Below are positions 19,640-28,091 of a DNA stretch of 64,000 nt, one piece after another. The position numbers and the translations under genes are program-made. Position 1 is the first letter of the stretch. Each line of letters starts with the position of its first letter. Below the pieces are notes generated by a model that did no database searches, had not been told where the DNA came from, and saw nothing but the letters and a program-made list of their open reading frames with translations. Source of the DNA: Gammaproteobacteria bacterium (GTDB taxonomy: Bacteria; Pseudomonadota; Gammaproteobacteria; Arenicellales; Poriferihabitantaceae); NCBI GenBank assembly GCA_030432755.1, contig JAUILZ010000001.1:203388-267387 (forward strand), given 5' to 3'.

Positions 19640-20218
19640 TCAGGCGAAGTTTTCTGCGGCGAAATCCCAGTTCACCAGGTTCCAGAACGCTTCCACATAC
19701 TTGGGGCGCGCATTGCGATAGTCGATGTAATAGGCGTGTTCCCAGACATCGCAGGTCAGCAATGGCACCTGGTCGCCGGTCAGCGGCGTGTCGGCATTGC
19801 TGGTGTTGACGATTTCCACCGAGCCGTCCTTGTTCTTCACCAGCCAGGTCCAGCCGGAGCCGAAGTTTGTGGCGGCGGAGGTGGAGAATTTTTCCTTGAA
19901 GTCGGCAACGCTGCCGAAGGCCTTGTTGATCGCGTCGGCCAGGGCGCCGGAGGGCTCTCCGCCGCCATCTGGGCTCAGGCAGTGCCAGTAAAAGGTGTGG
20001 TTCCAGATCTGCGCGGCATTGTTGAACAGCCCGCCCTTGGCCTTGCGGATGATGTCTTCCAGCGAGGCGTCAGCAAACTCGGTGCCTTCTATGAGCTTGT
20101 TGAGGTTGGTGACATAGGTCTGGTGATGCTTGCCGTAGTGATAGTCTAGGGTTTCGGCGGAAATATGCGGCGCCAGTGCGTCTTTTGCGTAGGGGAGTGG
20201 TGGCAGTTCATGCGCCAT
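19640..20218 (-). CDS. sodB: iron superoxide dismutase
   Basis: '[40 protein letters not shown]' and '[13 protein letters not shown]' are Fe/Mn-SOD signatures. SD AAGGAGAA sits upstream of ATG 20218. The track ORF has a 21-aa false extension. Confidence 0.93.
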   Translation of the reverse strand: MAHELPPLPYAKDALAPHISAETLDYHYGKHHQTYVTNLNKLIEGTEFADASLEDIIRKAKGGLFNNAAQIWNHTFYWHCLSPDGGGEPSGALADAINKAFGSVADFKEKFSTSAATNFGSGWTWLVKNKDGSVEIVNTSNADTPLTGDQVPLLTCDVWEHAYYIDYRNARPKYVEAFWNLVNWDFAAENFA

Positions 20219-20283
20219 TGCGTTCTTCTCCTTTGAAGATTGGGTGTATGGATATGATGGGGTGGATATTCGGTATCTCAACG

Positions 20284-20301
20284 ATCCGCTTTAAAGCGGA
20301 T
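20284..20301. other. perfect 18-bp palindrome between sodB and the 894-aa gene
   Basis: ATCCGCTTT|AAAGCGGAT. It lies 66-83 nt upstream of the sodB ATG and ~145 nt downstream of the stop at 20446. Either an operator or a hairpin; no U tract. Confidence 0.4.
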
Positions 20302-20445
20302 TCGTTCCCGGCGACGGTTTATCGGGTGCCTTGTTAAGCGAGAGTTGACTGAGGAACAGGCAAAAGGGAAGCATAACCAACAATCCATGGCTCGGCAACG
20401 CGTGCCCGCAGCCAGGAACCCCGAAGGGGCCTCGAAGCGCGCGGA

Positions 20446-23130
20446 TCAGCGGTGGGAATGCGCCCTGCCGAACCGGATATTGCCGACGATACCGTCTTCC
20501 GTAATCGACACCGACGTGGGCCAGCAACGAATGCCATAGGCGTCGCATATGCGGCGATCGGGGTCTGGTACGAAAGGCAGCTCCAGGCCGTGTTCACGCG
20601 CGAAGGCGGCTACCGTATCCCTGTCCTCTCCACCGTTGACGGCAATGACCATCGGGTTCGATGCGCCCGTGTCTTCGCCGTCACGGGGTTTGTCCCTCGC
20701 GACCATGGCCTCGCGCAGGGCGCGCAGGCAGGGGGTCGACCAGGACTGGCAGAACAGCAGCACAACGGCCCGCCCCTTCAACCTGCGCAAAGCCAGTTGC
20801 TCTCCGCCGATGGATTCGAGCAGCACGTCGGGGGCCCGCTGGCCCACGCCGACATGCAGGCTGAGTACGCGCTGCTCCGGCGGGGGCGCCGCAACAGTGT
20901 GTTTGCGAAGCGCCGCGGCAAACTCCCGGGGCTCCAGGCGGCCAGCCTGCTGCCAGGAGAACTCGCCCCTGGCATTGGTGAGAAAGGTTGCCGGCAAATC
21001 CCGCGCGCCAAATACCCGGGACCACCCGCCCAGGGTGTCCTCCACGATGGATACCTGTCCGCGGAAATCCGGCAGGCTTCCCAGCCTGCGCTCCAGCTCC
21101 CGGCGGGGCATGTTGAAGCTGCCTTCCGGGAGCACCAGGGCCATGGCCATCGGCGCCTCGGGGTGGAAGTTCCCGAATGCCTGGTTGAGCCCTTCAAAGG
21201 GCGCCCCCGCGTCCAGGTTGGCGAAATGGACGATGGTGTTGGCTCCGGTTTCCCCGGGGTTGAGGGTGATGGACTCGACATGCCCGAGGATGGATTCCGC
21301 CAGGATGTCTTCCGGGGGCGGGTCGACGTCCCAGATCGGTGCCATGATCCGGTCCCACCAGGACGGCATCATGAACACGAACTCCTTGCCCTCGACGCTG
21401 CAGGTATCGCCGCCCTCGGTAGGGTAAACGCCGCCGATCTGGGACGGCAGAGATATGTTGTAGCCGGGGTTGACGTAGCGGCCGCGCAGGTAGAGACAGA
21501 TCTGCGGCAGGTGCTCGATGTCGTCGGGCTTCGGCAGGATGAACCGGTGGGGGTCCGAGTGGCCCTCGGTGGTGCCGCTCCAGGGAATGAAGCTGATGCC
21601 CTGCTTGACCCAGGTCCATTCGAAGGTATCGATGATTCCGGCGGGAATCCAGCTCTTGAGCGCGCTGAATCCCTTGTCGTCGCCGGTGTGGGTGACCTTG
21701 ACCATGGGCTCCGGCCGCTGCCGGGTCCAGACAATGCCGTGGAGAATGATGCCATCCCCGGTGGCTTCCATGGAACGGTATTTCGCATGGGTATGACTGT
21801 CGAATGACTTGAGCGCGTCATCGATGCTGCCGGCTCCACTGAACACCTGGTCGATCTGGTTGCGTGCTGCATCGAGGGCATTGTCGCGCTCGGTAATGAA
21901 GGCGCTGGTCACCGCCGATGTGGCCGAGCCTTCCACCAGGCCGCCGAAGGGTCCATTGACGTTGACGTTGACGACAGGTTGTCCATGTGGCACGACGTCC
22001 AGTGACTGCGAGCCCTCGTCGAAGGTGAACTTGACGTCCTGCTGGATGGAAAACGAGCCGACGTTGGGCGCCCACCAGGCGGGTGTGGTGGAATTGCCAC
22101 TGATATTGATGCGGATCCGGTTGTTGACCCAGGAGGCCTGGGCCTGGTTGAAGTTCGTGGTGTAGGTTGCGGTGGCCGTCGGACTCGACACGGTGAACTG
22201 GGGATGGCTGGCCTTGATGGCATCGAGCTGGGGTTGCACCAGCGAAAGAACGAATTCCTTGCTTACCGCGATGGCGAACGAGTCGCTGCCGGCGACGAAA
22301 GCGTTGTTCAGCCCGCCAAGCGCCGAGTCGGGCGGCATCGGCCCGCCGGAGAGGTGGACGGGAAGCGCCACCACCTGGCTGTTGCCACTGCCGAGCGCCT
22401 TGAAGCTGGAAAACTGAAATCCCTGGGGCAGCTCGAGGTTGGTGGGCTCGAATCCCTTGCGTACCGCGCGGCGGATCTCCGATTCCAGCTCCGCCACCTC
22501 GCTGCTACTGAGCCCCGTGCCCGGCGCTGTCTCGAACTGGATATCGTTGTCATTCTGCGGGAATCCGACCTCCAGTAACCGCGTGTTGAACCCGGGATTA
22601 TCCACCACCCTCAGTTCGAAGCGGATATGCACGCTGCCGTGAATCGGATCCGGCAGAGCGGGTGTGCCGGGATCCGGAATGAAGTTGGCGCGTATCTCAA
22701 CGCTGCCATTGACCTCGCTGGTGGCTCCCGGAGGGAACTCCACGATCGGCGTACCGAGCTGCACCTGGGCGAAGCCGCTGATCTTGCTCGGATCCGCCGG
22801 CTGGAGCGGGGTCAGCTTCCACCCGTCCAGCGCCCGTGACAGTTCCGCGCTGATCCCCGGTGGCGCCTTTCTGACCAGCACGTCGGTCGAGGTCCTGGCT
22901 GCCTGAAGGCTGCTGTTCTGGAGCACCATGTGGTTCCAGTTCGCCAGTTGCGCGACGGGTTTGAACGACAACCGGGAGGGTTCCCCCACGCGCAGCGAGA
23001 AGCTGTGCTGGAAAGTCGGGGAATTCTCCGGGGAATGGCCGTTCTGGTGCAGGGTGCCCGCCACGCCGTTGATGACCCGGGTCCGGACCTGGACGAGCGC
23101 GTCGTAGTCGCCGGTGAGATTGTTTGCCAT
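20446..23130 (-). CDS. 894-aa protein: ~740-aa uncharacterised region plus C-terminal TlpA/redoxin-like thioredoxin fold with altered active site
   Basis: Strong SD (CCAAGGAGGCAACACC-ATG). No signal peptide or TM segment at the N-terminus. The C-terminal 'GRAVVLLFCQSWSTPCLRAL...GIRCWPTSVSI' aligns to 'FWATWCxPC...PTtflId' of TlpA/ResA-type proteins, but with WSTPC in place of WCxPC. Confidence 0.85.
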   Translation of the reverse strand: MANNLTGDYDALVQVRTRVINGVAGTLHQNGHSPENSPTFQHSFSLRVGEPSRLSFKPVAQLANWNHMVLQNSSLQAARTSTDVLVRKAPPGISAELSRALDGWKLTPLQPADPSKISGFAQVQLGTPIVEFPPGATSEVNGSVEIRANFIPDPGTPALPDPIHGSVHIRFELRVVDNPGFNTRLLEVGFPQNDNDIQFETAPGTGLSSSEVAELESEIRRAVRKGFEPTNLELPQGFQFSSFKALGSGNSQVVALPVHLSGGPMPPDSALGGLNNAFVAGSDSFAIAVSKEFVLSLVQPQLDAIKASHPQFTVSSPTATATYTTNFNQAQASWVNNRIRINISGNSTTPAWWAPNVGSFSIQQDVKFTFDEGSQSLDVVPHGQPVVNVNVNGPFGGLVEGSATSAVTSAFITERDNALDAARNQIDQVFSGAGSIDDALKSFDSHTHAKYRSMEATGDGIILHGIVWTRQRPEPMVKVTHTGDDKGFSALKSWIPAGIIDTFEWTWVKQGISFIPWSGTTEGHSDPHRFILPKPDDIEHLPQICLYLRGRYVNPGYNISLPSQIGGVYPTEGGDTCSVEGKEFVFMMPSWWDRIMAPIWDVDPPPEDILAESILGHVESITLNPGETGANTIVHFANLDAGAPFEGLNQAFGNFHPEAPMAMALVLPEGSFNMPRRELERRLGSLPDFRGQVSIVEDTLGGWSRVFGARDLPATFLTNARGEFSWQQAGRLEPREFAAALRKHTVAAPPPEQRVLSLHVGVGQRAPDVLLESIGGEQLALRRLKGRAVVLLFCQSWSTPCLRALREAMVARDKPRDGEDTGASNPMVIAVNGGEDRDTVAAFAREHGLELPFVPDPDRRICDAYGIRCWPTSVSITEDGIVGNIRFGRAHSHR

Positions 23131-23158
23131 GGTGTTGCCTCCTTGGCCGGGTTTGCGG

Positions 23159-23668
23159 TCAGGTCAATTGGAAGTTGTTGCCGTTGCGCGCGAGGTGAAA
23201 GGTCGGACCCGCCTCGTCCTCTGCCTTGTGCCTGGTGACCGGCGGCAGCACGATGGTCTGGGATTCGGGGGCGAAAGGGGGATTGGCCGCCGTGACGACG
23301 GTGCATTCGCAGGTGATATCGCCGTAGCTCCGGCTGTCCAGGCCGGCGCTGACGGATTCGCCGGTGGCGTTGATGGCGGTGCCGCTATCCCCGCCGCGGG
23401 CATGGGGACCATCGATCTGCGGGTCGTTCGGGCCGCCAATGGTTCCCGTGTTGTATCCGGGGTCGATCTTCAGCACCTTGACGAAACGCCACTCGATGCT
23501 GTCCAGCGCCGGCGCGTCACCCGACGTCTGGTGGAGTCCGCCGTCGTAATTGAAATGCATCAGCGCGAGTCGACCTTCGCGATCGAGGACGCAGCCGGTA
23601 AAGGCGAACAGGAATATTACGGGGAGCAGAACAACGGGAATGAGCAGGTAGGACCAATCGAACATCAT
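23159..23668 (-). CDS. small membrane-anchored or lipoprotein-like protein (lipobox-like FAFTG|C)
   Basis: Start at ATGATG (23668/23665) with GAGGA 4-7 nt upstream. N-terminus 'MMFDWSYLLIPVVLLPVIFLFAFTGC'. Soluble part of ~140 aa has no recognisable motif. The track ORF begins at a GTG 36 nt upstream. Confidence 0.7.
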   Translation of the reverse strand: MMFDWSYLLIPVVLLPVIFLFAFTGCVLDREGRLALMHFNYDGGLHQTSGDAPALDSIEWRFVKVLKIDPGYNTGTIGGPNDPQIDGPHARGGDSGTAINATGESVSAGLDSRSYGDITCECTVVTAANPPFAPESQTIVLPPVTRHKAEDEAGPTFHLARNGNNFQLT

Positions 23669-23754
23669 GCCGTCCTCGTGGAGGGTTATGCCCTCGGACC
23701 GCACGACATGGCCATGCGATCCCGCTTCCTTTCACCCCTGCCCGGACCCGGGCC

Positions 23755-24486
23755 TCAATGAATCGCGAGATATCCGGTCGCCCCGGAGAGGATCATCAGT
23801 CCCGCAATCCATCCATGGGTATTGATACCCAGTATTCTGTCCTGTACTTCGCGCAACGGCTGCAGAACCATCCTCGCCAGGCCATAAAGCAGCAGCCCCG
23901 TGAAGAACACCGTGCCCGGCTGAGGCAAGGTATACCACAACTGCAGGGTGGTCACAAACAACGCCATCCCCGCGAGGGATTCGAGTAACTGGCTTGGATA
24001 CCGTGGCCGCCACAAACCATCCCGTCCGGGCAGCTTGAGCGCGATGGGGCCGCTGGTGATTCTTCCTGCGCAGCAGCCATGCAGCAGGCAGCCGAACTTC
24101 GCGATACCGAGCCCGAGACACAGCGCCGGCGTCAATAGATCCCAGTAGGCGAGCCAGTCAAGCGACAGCGCGGGTAACACCAGCGTGGATGCAGCAATCA
24201 TAGCCGCCAGTCCGCCGAGCAATGCGGCGCCGCCTGATGATCGCCGGAACAGGGCAGCCGGGTGACGACGATAGTATCGGGCATGGTGCGCGGCGTGCAG
24301 CAGTCTGACGCCCGCCAGGCCGGCCAGGAGGAGGAGAAGGGTTGCCGCAAGTACCGGCCAGGCCGGCAGGCCCGCAACCTCCGCCATCCGGCGCATGAAT
24401 ACAAACGCGGCAACTGCCGCAAGGTAGAGCAGGACCGTGTGGCTGTATATCCTGGTGCCGCGCCATTCGAGCAGGACAGGGTGCAC
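23755..24486 (-). CDS. prolipoprotein diacylglyceryl transferase (Lgt) family paralog
   Basis: 243-aa polytopic protein with 'GIAKFGCLLHGCCAGR' (GRxGCfxxGCCxG-type Lgt motif, with K for R) and 'RYPSQLLESL' (PxQLyEs motif). GTG start 11 nt after the upstream stop. Confidence 0.7.
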   Translation of the reverse strand: MHPVLLEWRGTRIYSHTVLLYLAAVAAFVFMRRMAEVAGLPAWPVLAATLLLLLAGLAGVRLLHAAHHARYYRRHPAALFRRSSGGAALLGGLAAMIAASTLVLPALSLDWLAYWDLLTPALCLGLGIAKFGCLLHGCCAGRITSGPIALKLPGRDGLWRPRYPSQLLESLAGMALFVTTLQLWYTLPQPGTVFFTGLLLYGLARMVLQPLREVQDRILGINTHGWIAGLMILSGATGYLAIH

Positions 24487-24497
24487 GGGGAACTCGT

Positions 24498-24926
24498 CTA
24501 GACGGACTGCAGGATTCCCAGGGTCATGAGACTGGCGCCGACGCAGATCGTGATATCGGCAAGGTTGCAGATCGTGACGCGTGGAATGCGAATGAAATCT
24601 AACGTGGCGCCGCGCAGCGCCAGGTCCATCCCGTTACTCAACGCGCCACCAGCCGCCAGCGTCAGTCCGGCGGTGTACAGCGGGTTATTCAGCGAAAAAC
24701 CCAGTGACGTAACGTTGAACACGCAGAGGACAACCATGGCGATGGCAGTGACCAGGAGGAATCGGCGACCGACCAGACCGAAACCCAGCCTGGGATTGCT
24801 GCGCGGCCGTACCATTATCGCCGGTCCGGGGCGCAATGGGCGACAGGATTCGATCCCGGCGACCACGAACTGCTTGCTGGCCTGGTCCGCCAGGACTACG
24901 ATGACGAGTACGAGGAACCACACCAT
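24498..24926 (-). CDS. signal peptidase II (LspA) family paralog
   Basis: 142 aa 'MVWFLVLVIVVLADQASKQFV...NPRLGFG...GGALSNGMDLALRGATLDFI...CNLADITI'. All LspA blocks are present, including both catalytic Asp contexts. SD AAGGAGG lies 8 nt upstream of ATG 24926. Confidence 0.7.
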   Translation of the reverse strand: MVWFLVLVIVVLADQASKQFVVAGIESCRPLRPGPAIMVRPRSNPRLGFGLVGRRFLLVTAIAMVVLCVFNVTSLGFSLNNPLYTAGLTLAAGGALSNGMDLALRGATLDFIRIPRVTICNLADITICVGASLMTLGILQSV

Positions 24927-25180
24927 GCCGCCTGCCTCCTTGTCTGCGTGTTCCGCAATGGTTGCGCGGAAGGACCATTTTACCCGAACTAAATGCAGTA
25001 CATTGACATGGGAGTCAATTGCCGCCGGTTCACAACTGGCACGGCCTGCAGAAACGCACAATTGGGGTGCAGATTTACCTCATTGACGATACCGCCAGAG
25101 GTCCATAGAGTTTGACGCTCCGGCAGGACACGTTGCCATTGCCGGGATTCACACCAGCCACTTTCAGGGAGTTATCAGGA

Positions 25181-25840
25181 ATGAAAAACACGACCACAGT
25201 TTTGTCCGGCGCCATCTTGCTGCTACTGACCGCCCCAGGTCTGCACGCAGCCGGCGAACATCCAATGGGTTTCTTCGTCACCAGCGTCGGCATCGGCAAT
25301 GGCGCCAATCTTGGCGGGCTCGAGGGTGGTGACGCTCATTGCGCCAAGTTGGCGGAGGCCGCCGGCGCCGGTGACCGCACCTGGGTCGCCTATCTCAGCA
25401 CCCAGTCCGAAGATGGCCAGACCCGCGGCATCTCCGCCCGCGACCGTATCGGCATCGGACCCTGGTACAACGCCCACGGCGAACTGATCGCCAGCGATCT
25501 GGACGAACTGCATATCGCGCCCAACATCTTCAAGCGCACCGCGCTGGACGAGAACGGCAACCTGGTCAAGGGGCGCGGCGACAAGCCCAACGAGCACGAT
25601 ATCCTGACCGGCACCAAGGAAGACGGTACTGCCTATTTCCCCTGGGAAGAAGGCGACCATACCTGCAGCAACTGGACCAGCTCAGCCGACGGTGAGGGGA
25701 GCGCCCAGGTCGGTCACCACGATCGCCACGGCGGCGGCAATACTTCATGGAATTCCACCCACGCCTCGCGTGGTTGTAGCCAGGCCAATCTCCAGTCAAC
25801 TGGCGGAGCAGGCTTCCTGTACTGCTTCGCGGCGGACTAA
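25181..25840 (+). CDS. secreted cysteine-containing protein, endostatin-like / C-type-lectin-fold (DUF1554-like)
   Basis: Signal peptide 'MKNTTTVLSGAILLLLTAPGLHA|AG'. The pattern 'GLEGGDAHCAKLAEAAG...WVAYLST...CSNWTS...FLYCFA' parallels the endostatin-domain pattern 'GIRGADFQCFQQA...FRAFLSS...CETW...IVLCIE'. RBS AGGGAG/AGGA upstream. Confidence 0.6.
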   Translation: MKNTTTVLSGAILLLLTAPGLHAAGEHPMGFFVTSVGIGNGANLGGLEGGDAHCAKLAEAAGAGDRTWVAYLSTQSEDGQTRGISARDRIGIGPWYNAHGELIASDLDELHIAPNIFKRTALDENGNLVKGRGDKPNEHDILTGTKEDGTAYFPWEEGDHTCSNWTSSADGEGSAQVGHHDRHGGGNTSWNSTHASRGCSQANLQSTGGAGFLYCFAAD

Positions 25841-25932
25841 CCTGTAGTTACGGGTTCCCCGCGTCGTGAAAGCCCGTGCATGGCCCGTGTCCGGATAGTA
25901 GTATTCGGGATGGTCAACACTGACTTCATCCC

Positions 25933-26232
25933 ATGAAGCGACACTCCCAGGATTTCAACGGCGCCGTTATCTCCCTCCGCATCGAGGGCGACGAGTATAG
26001 TCACGACCTGGTGGCGCCGCAACTGGTGGACATGGGGGGCCGGATGTTCGTTGTCGGCGAGGTGCCGGCTGGCGCCACGGTATCGGGCTGGACCGACGGC
26101 ACCGTTTCCGGGGTGGCCTGGGACAAGGTCATCAACTATGTCGTCTTCGAGTCCGTGAAGAGCTACTACGCCGCGATCAGCGAGTCAGACAAGTACGAGG
26201 AGATGGCCGCCGGCGACCGCCGGCACAACTAG
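25933..26232 (+). CDS. hypothetical 99-aa protein
   Basis: ORF with GC-rich third positions consistent with coding. No clear SD and no recognisable motif. Confidence 0.45.
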   Translation: MKRHSQDFNGAVISLRIEGDEYSHDLVAPQLVDMGGRMFVVGEVPAGATVSGWTDGTVSGVAWDKVINYVVFESVKSYYAAISESDKYEEMAAGDRRHN

Positions 26233-26373
26233 AAGCGGCCTCATAAAAGCCTGCGCTTGGCGATACTTCGTTGAACCCGGCCTCAGAATGCTCGTGTACT
26301 ACTTGTACACTGCGCTTCTTCGGCCACGTTCCCCTCGTCTCACCGGCGCTCGGCTGCTTTTGAGACCGCTTCT
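26231..26373. repeat. 143-bp imperfect-palindromic intergenic element (MITE/ERIC-like)
   Basis: Terminal inverted repeats AGAAGCGGCCTCATAAAAGC (26231-26250) and GCTTTTGAGACCGCTTCT (26356-26373). The two halves are partly complementary throughout, with a central GTGTAC-TACTT-GTACAC hairpin. It fills the gap between convergent genes. Confidence 0.45.
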
Positions 26374-26382
26374 AAAGCGGCG

Positions 26383-27147
26383 CTAGCCGCGGTAGTCGAT
26401 TCCCTTGCGATCGAGCATGCGCACCATGGAAAGCCAAGAGCGTACCCCCGGGGGCTGCGCCTCGGGCGCGCCGCCGTCGTGGAACAGTTCCCTGACGATG
26501 CGATCGTCCACCAGGATGGGCTCCTGCCCTGACGCGAGTACGTCCACCTGGATCTTGCAGCTCATCTCGAGGTAGTAGAGATAGTAGAAGCATTCCGCCA
26601 CGGAACGGCCCACGGACAGGAGGCCGTGATTGCGCATGATCATGAGGAAGTTGTCGCCGAGATCACGCGCCAGGGCCTCGCATTCGTCCGCCGCCTGGGT
26701 CACGTCCTGGTAGTCGTGGTAGCAGACCGTGGGCAGGATCGAGTTCGAGTGCTGGCTGAGGGGCAGCAGGCCACATTTCATGGCGCTCACCGCGACGCCC
26801 GCGCGGCTGTGGGTATGGGCTGCGAAATGGATGTCGGGCCGCGCGCGCAGCATCGCGCTGTGGATCAGATGGCCGGCGAGGATCGGCGGGAAATCCCCCG
26901 ACACCAGGTTGCCGTCGAGATCTATCTTCACCAGGTTGGCCGCGGTGACCTCGTCCATCAGCAGGTCGTCCGCCTTGATCAGGTAGTGATTCGGTTCGCC
27001 GGGCACCCGTGCGGCCGCATGGGTATAGGTGAGATCGGTCCAGCCGAAATGGGCATACAGGCGGTAGAGGGCGGCGAGCTGTTCGCGAGCCTCGGCCTCG
27101 GTGGCGGCGGGCACGAGCCCGGATTCGATGACGGGTGGTTTGTTCAT
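26383..27147 (-). CDS. class II aldolase/adducin N-terminal domain family protein
   Basis: 254 aa with 'THSRAGVAVS', 'MRNHGLLSVG' and 'AHLIHSA' His-rich metal-site contexts typical of the family. Confidence 0.8.
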   Translation of the reverse strand: MNKPPVIESGLVPAATEAEAREQLAALYRLYAHFGWTDLTYTHAAARVPGEPNHYLIKADDLLMDEVTAANLVKIDLDGNLVSGDFPPILAGHLIHSAMLRARPDIHFAAHTHSRAGVAVSAMKCGLLPLSQHSNSILPTVCYHDYQDVTQAADECEALARDLGDNFLMIMRNHGLLSVGRSVAECFYYLYYLEMSCKIQVDVLASGQEPILVDDRIVRELFHDGGAPEAQPPGVRSWLSMVRMLDRKGIDYRG

Positions 27148-27164
27148 GGCGGTCTCTGGATGGT

Positions 27165-28073
27165 TCAGCCGTGCAGCAACAATAATATGATCCCGCCGCA
27201 GACGAGTACAATGCCCACGGTTTCCGCGATGCTCACCTTTTCACGGAAAAACAGCGTGGTCGCGACGAAGGTGAACACCAGTTCCACCTGGCCCACGGCG
27301 CGCACGAAGCTCGCGTTCTGGATGGTAAACGCGGTGAACCAGCAGATCGAGGCCAGCGCTCCCGTCACGCCCGCGGCGCCGGCCCAGCGCCATTCGCGCA
27401 GCACCCGGCCGAATTCCCCCGGCTCGCGCAGGAGCAGATAGCCACCCATGATCAGGGTCTGGATCGCGAGGCTCACCAGCAACGTCCAGGCGGCTGCGAT
27501 GACAAAGTCGTCGACCGCCAGCGCCAGCGAGGCGCCGCGGAAAAACACGACCGATCCGCCGAGCCAGGCGGCGCAGACGAGTCCGATCAGGGTGGGCTTG
27601 CGGAACAGGCCGGCAATAAGGGTGGCCACGGACAGGCGGTTCTGTCCCAGCGACAGTGCCACCACTCCGAGGGCGGAGATGCCGATCGCGAGCATCGCCC
27701 AGCCGTTGAGGGTGTCGCCGAGCAGCAGCGCGCCGAGGATCGCCACCATTACCACCTCCAGCTTGGAGAAGGTGGTGCCCACGGCGAAGCTCTGGAAGGA
27801 AAACATCCACAGCAGGAACACCGTGAACATGATCTGGCAGACACCGCCGAGCAGGCAGAACCAGGCGAAACGGGCGTTGCCGGCGGGGATCTCGTGCACG
27901 CCAAACCGCAGCAGCAGCCACAGGTAAAGCGCCACGATGGGCAACGCGTAGAGAAAACGCGCATAGCTCGCACCCACGGTGGAGAGCCGGCCCTTGAGAT
28001 GCTTCTGCAGCGCCGAGCGCAGGTTCTGGAAGAACGCCGCGGCGATGGTGATGAAGATCCAGGTTTCCGGCAT
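27165..28073 (-). CDS. DMT superfamily (EamA-like) membrane transporter
   Basis: 302-aa, ~10-TM protein. 17-nt gap to the downstream aldolase-like gene. Confidence 0.75.
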   Translation of the reverse strand: MPETWIFITIAAAFFQNLRSALQKHLKGRLSTVGASYARFLYALPIVALYLWLLLRFGVHEIPAGNARFAWFCLLGGVCQIMFTVFLLWMFSFQSFAVGTTFSKLEVVMVAILGALLLGDTLNGWAMLAIGISALGVVALSLGQNRLSVATLIAGLFRKPTLIGLVCAAWLGGSVVFFRGASLALAVDDFVIAAAWTLLVSLAIQTLIMGGYLLLREPGEFGRVLREWRWAGAAGVTGALASICWFTAFTIQNASFVRAVGQVELVFTFVATTLFFREKVSIAETVGIVLVCGGIILLLLHG

Positions 28074-28091
28074 GAAGGGTATGATCGGGGA

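Noticed and set aside
25037-25050. TGGCAC-GGCCT-GCA sigma-54-like motif in the Lsp/Lgt divergent promoter region
   Set aside because: The GC element is 2 nt too close to the GG element relative to the -24/-12 consensus spacing.
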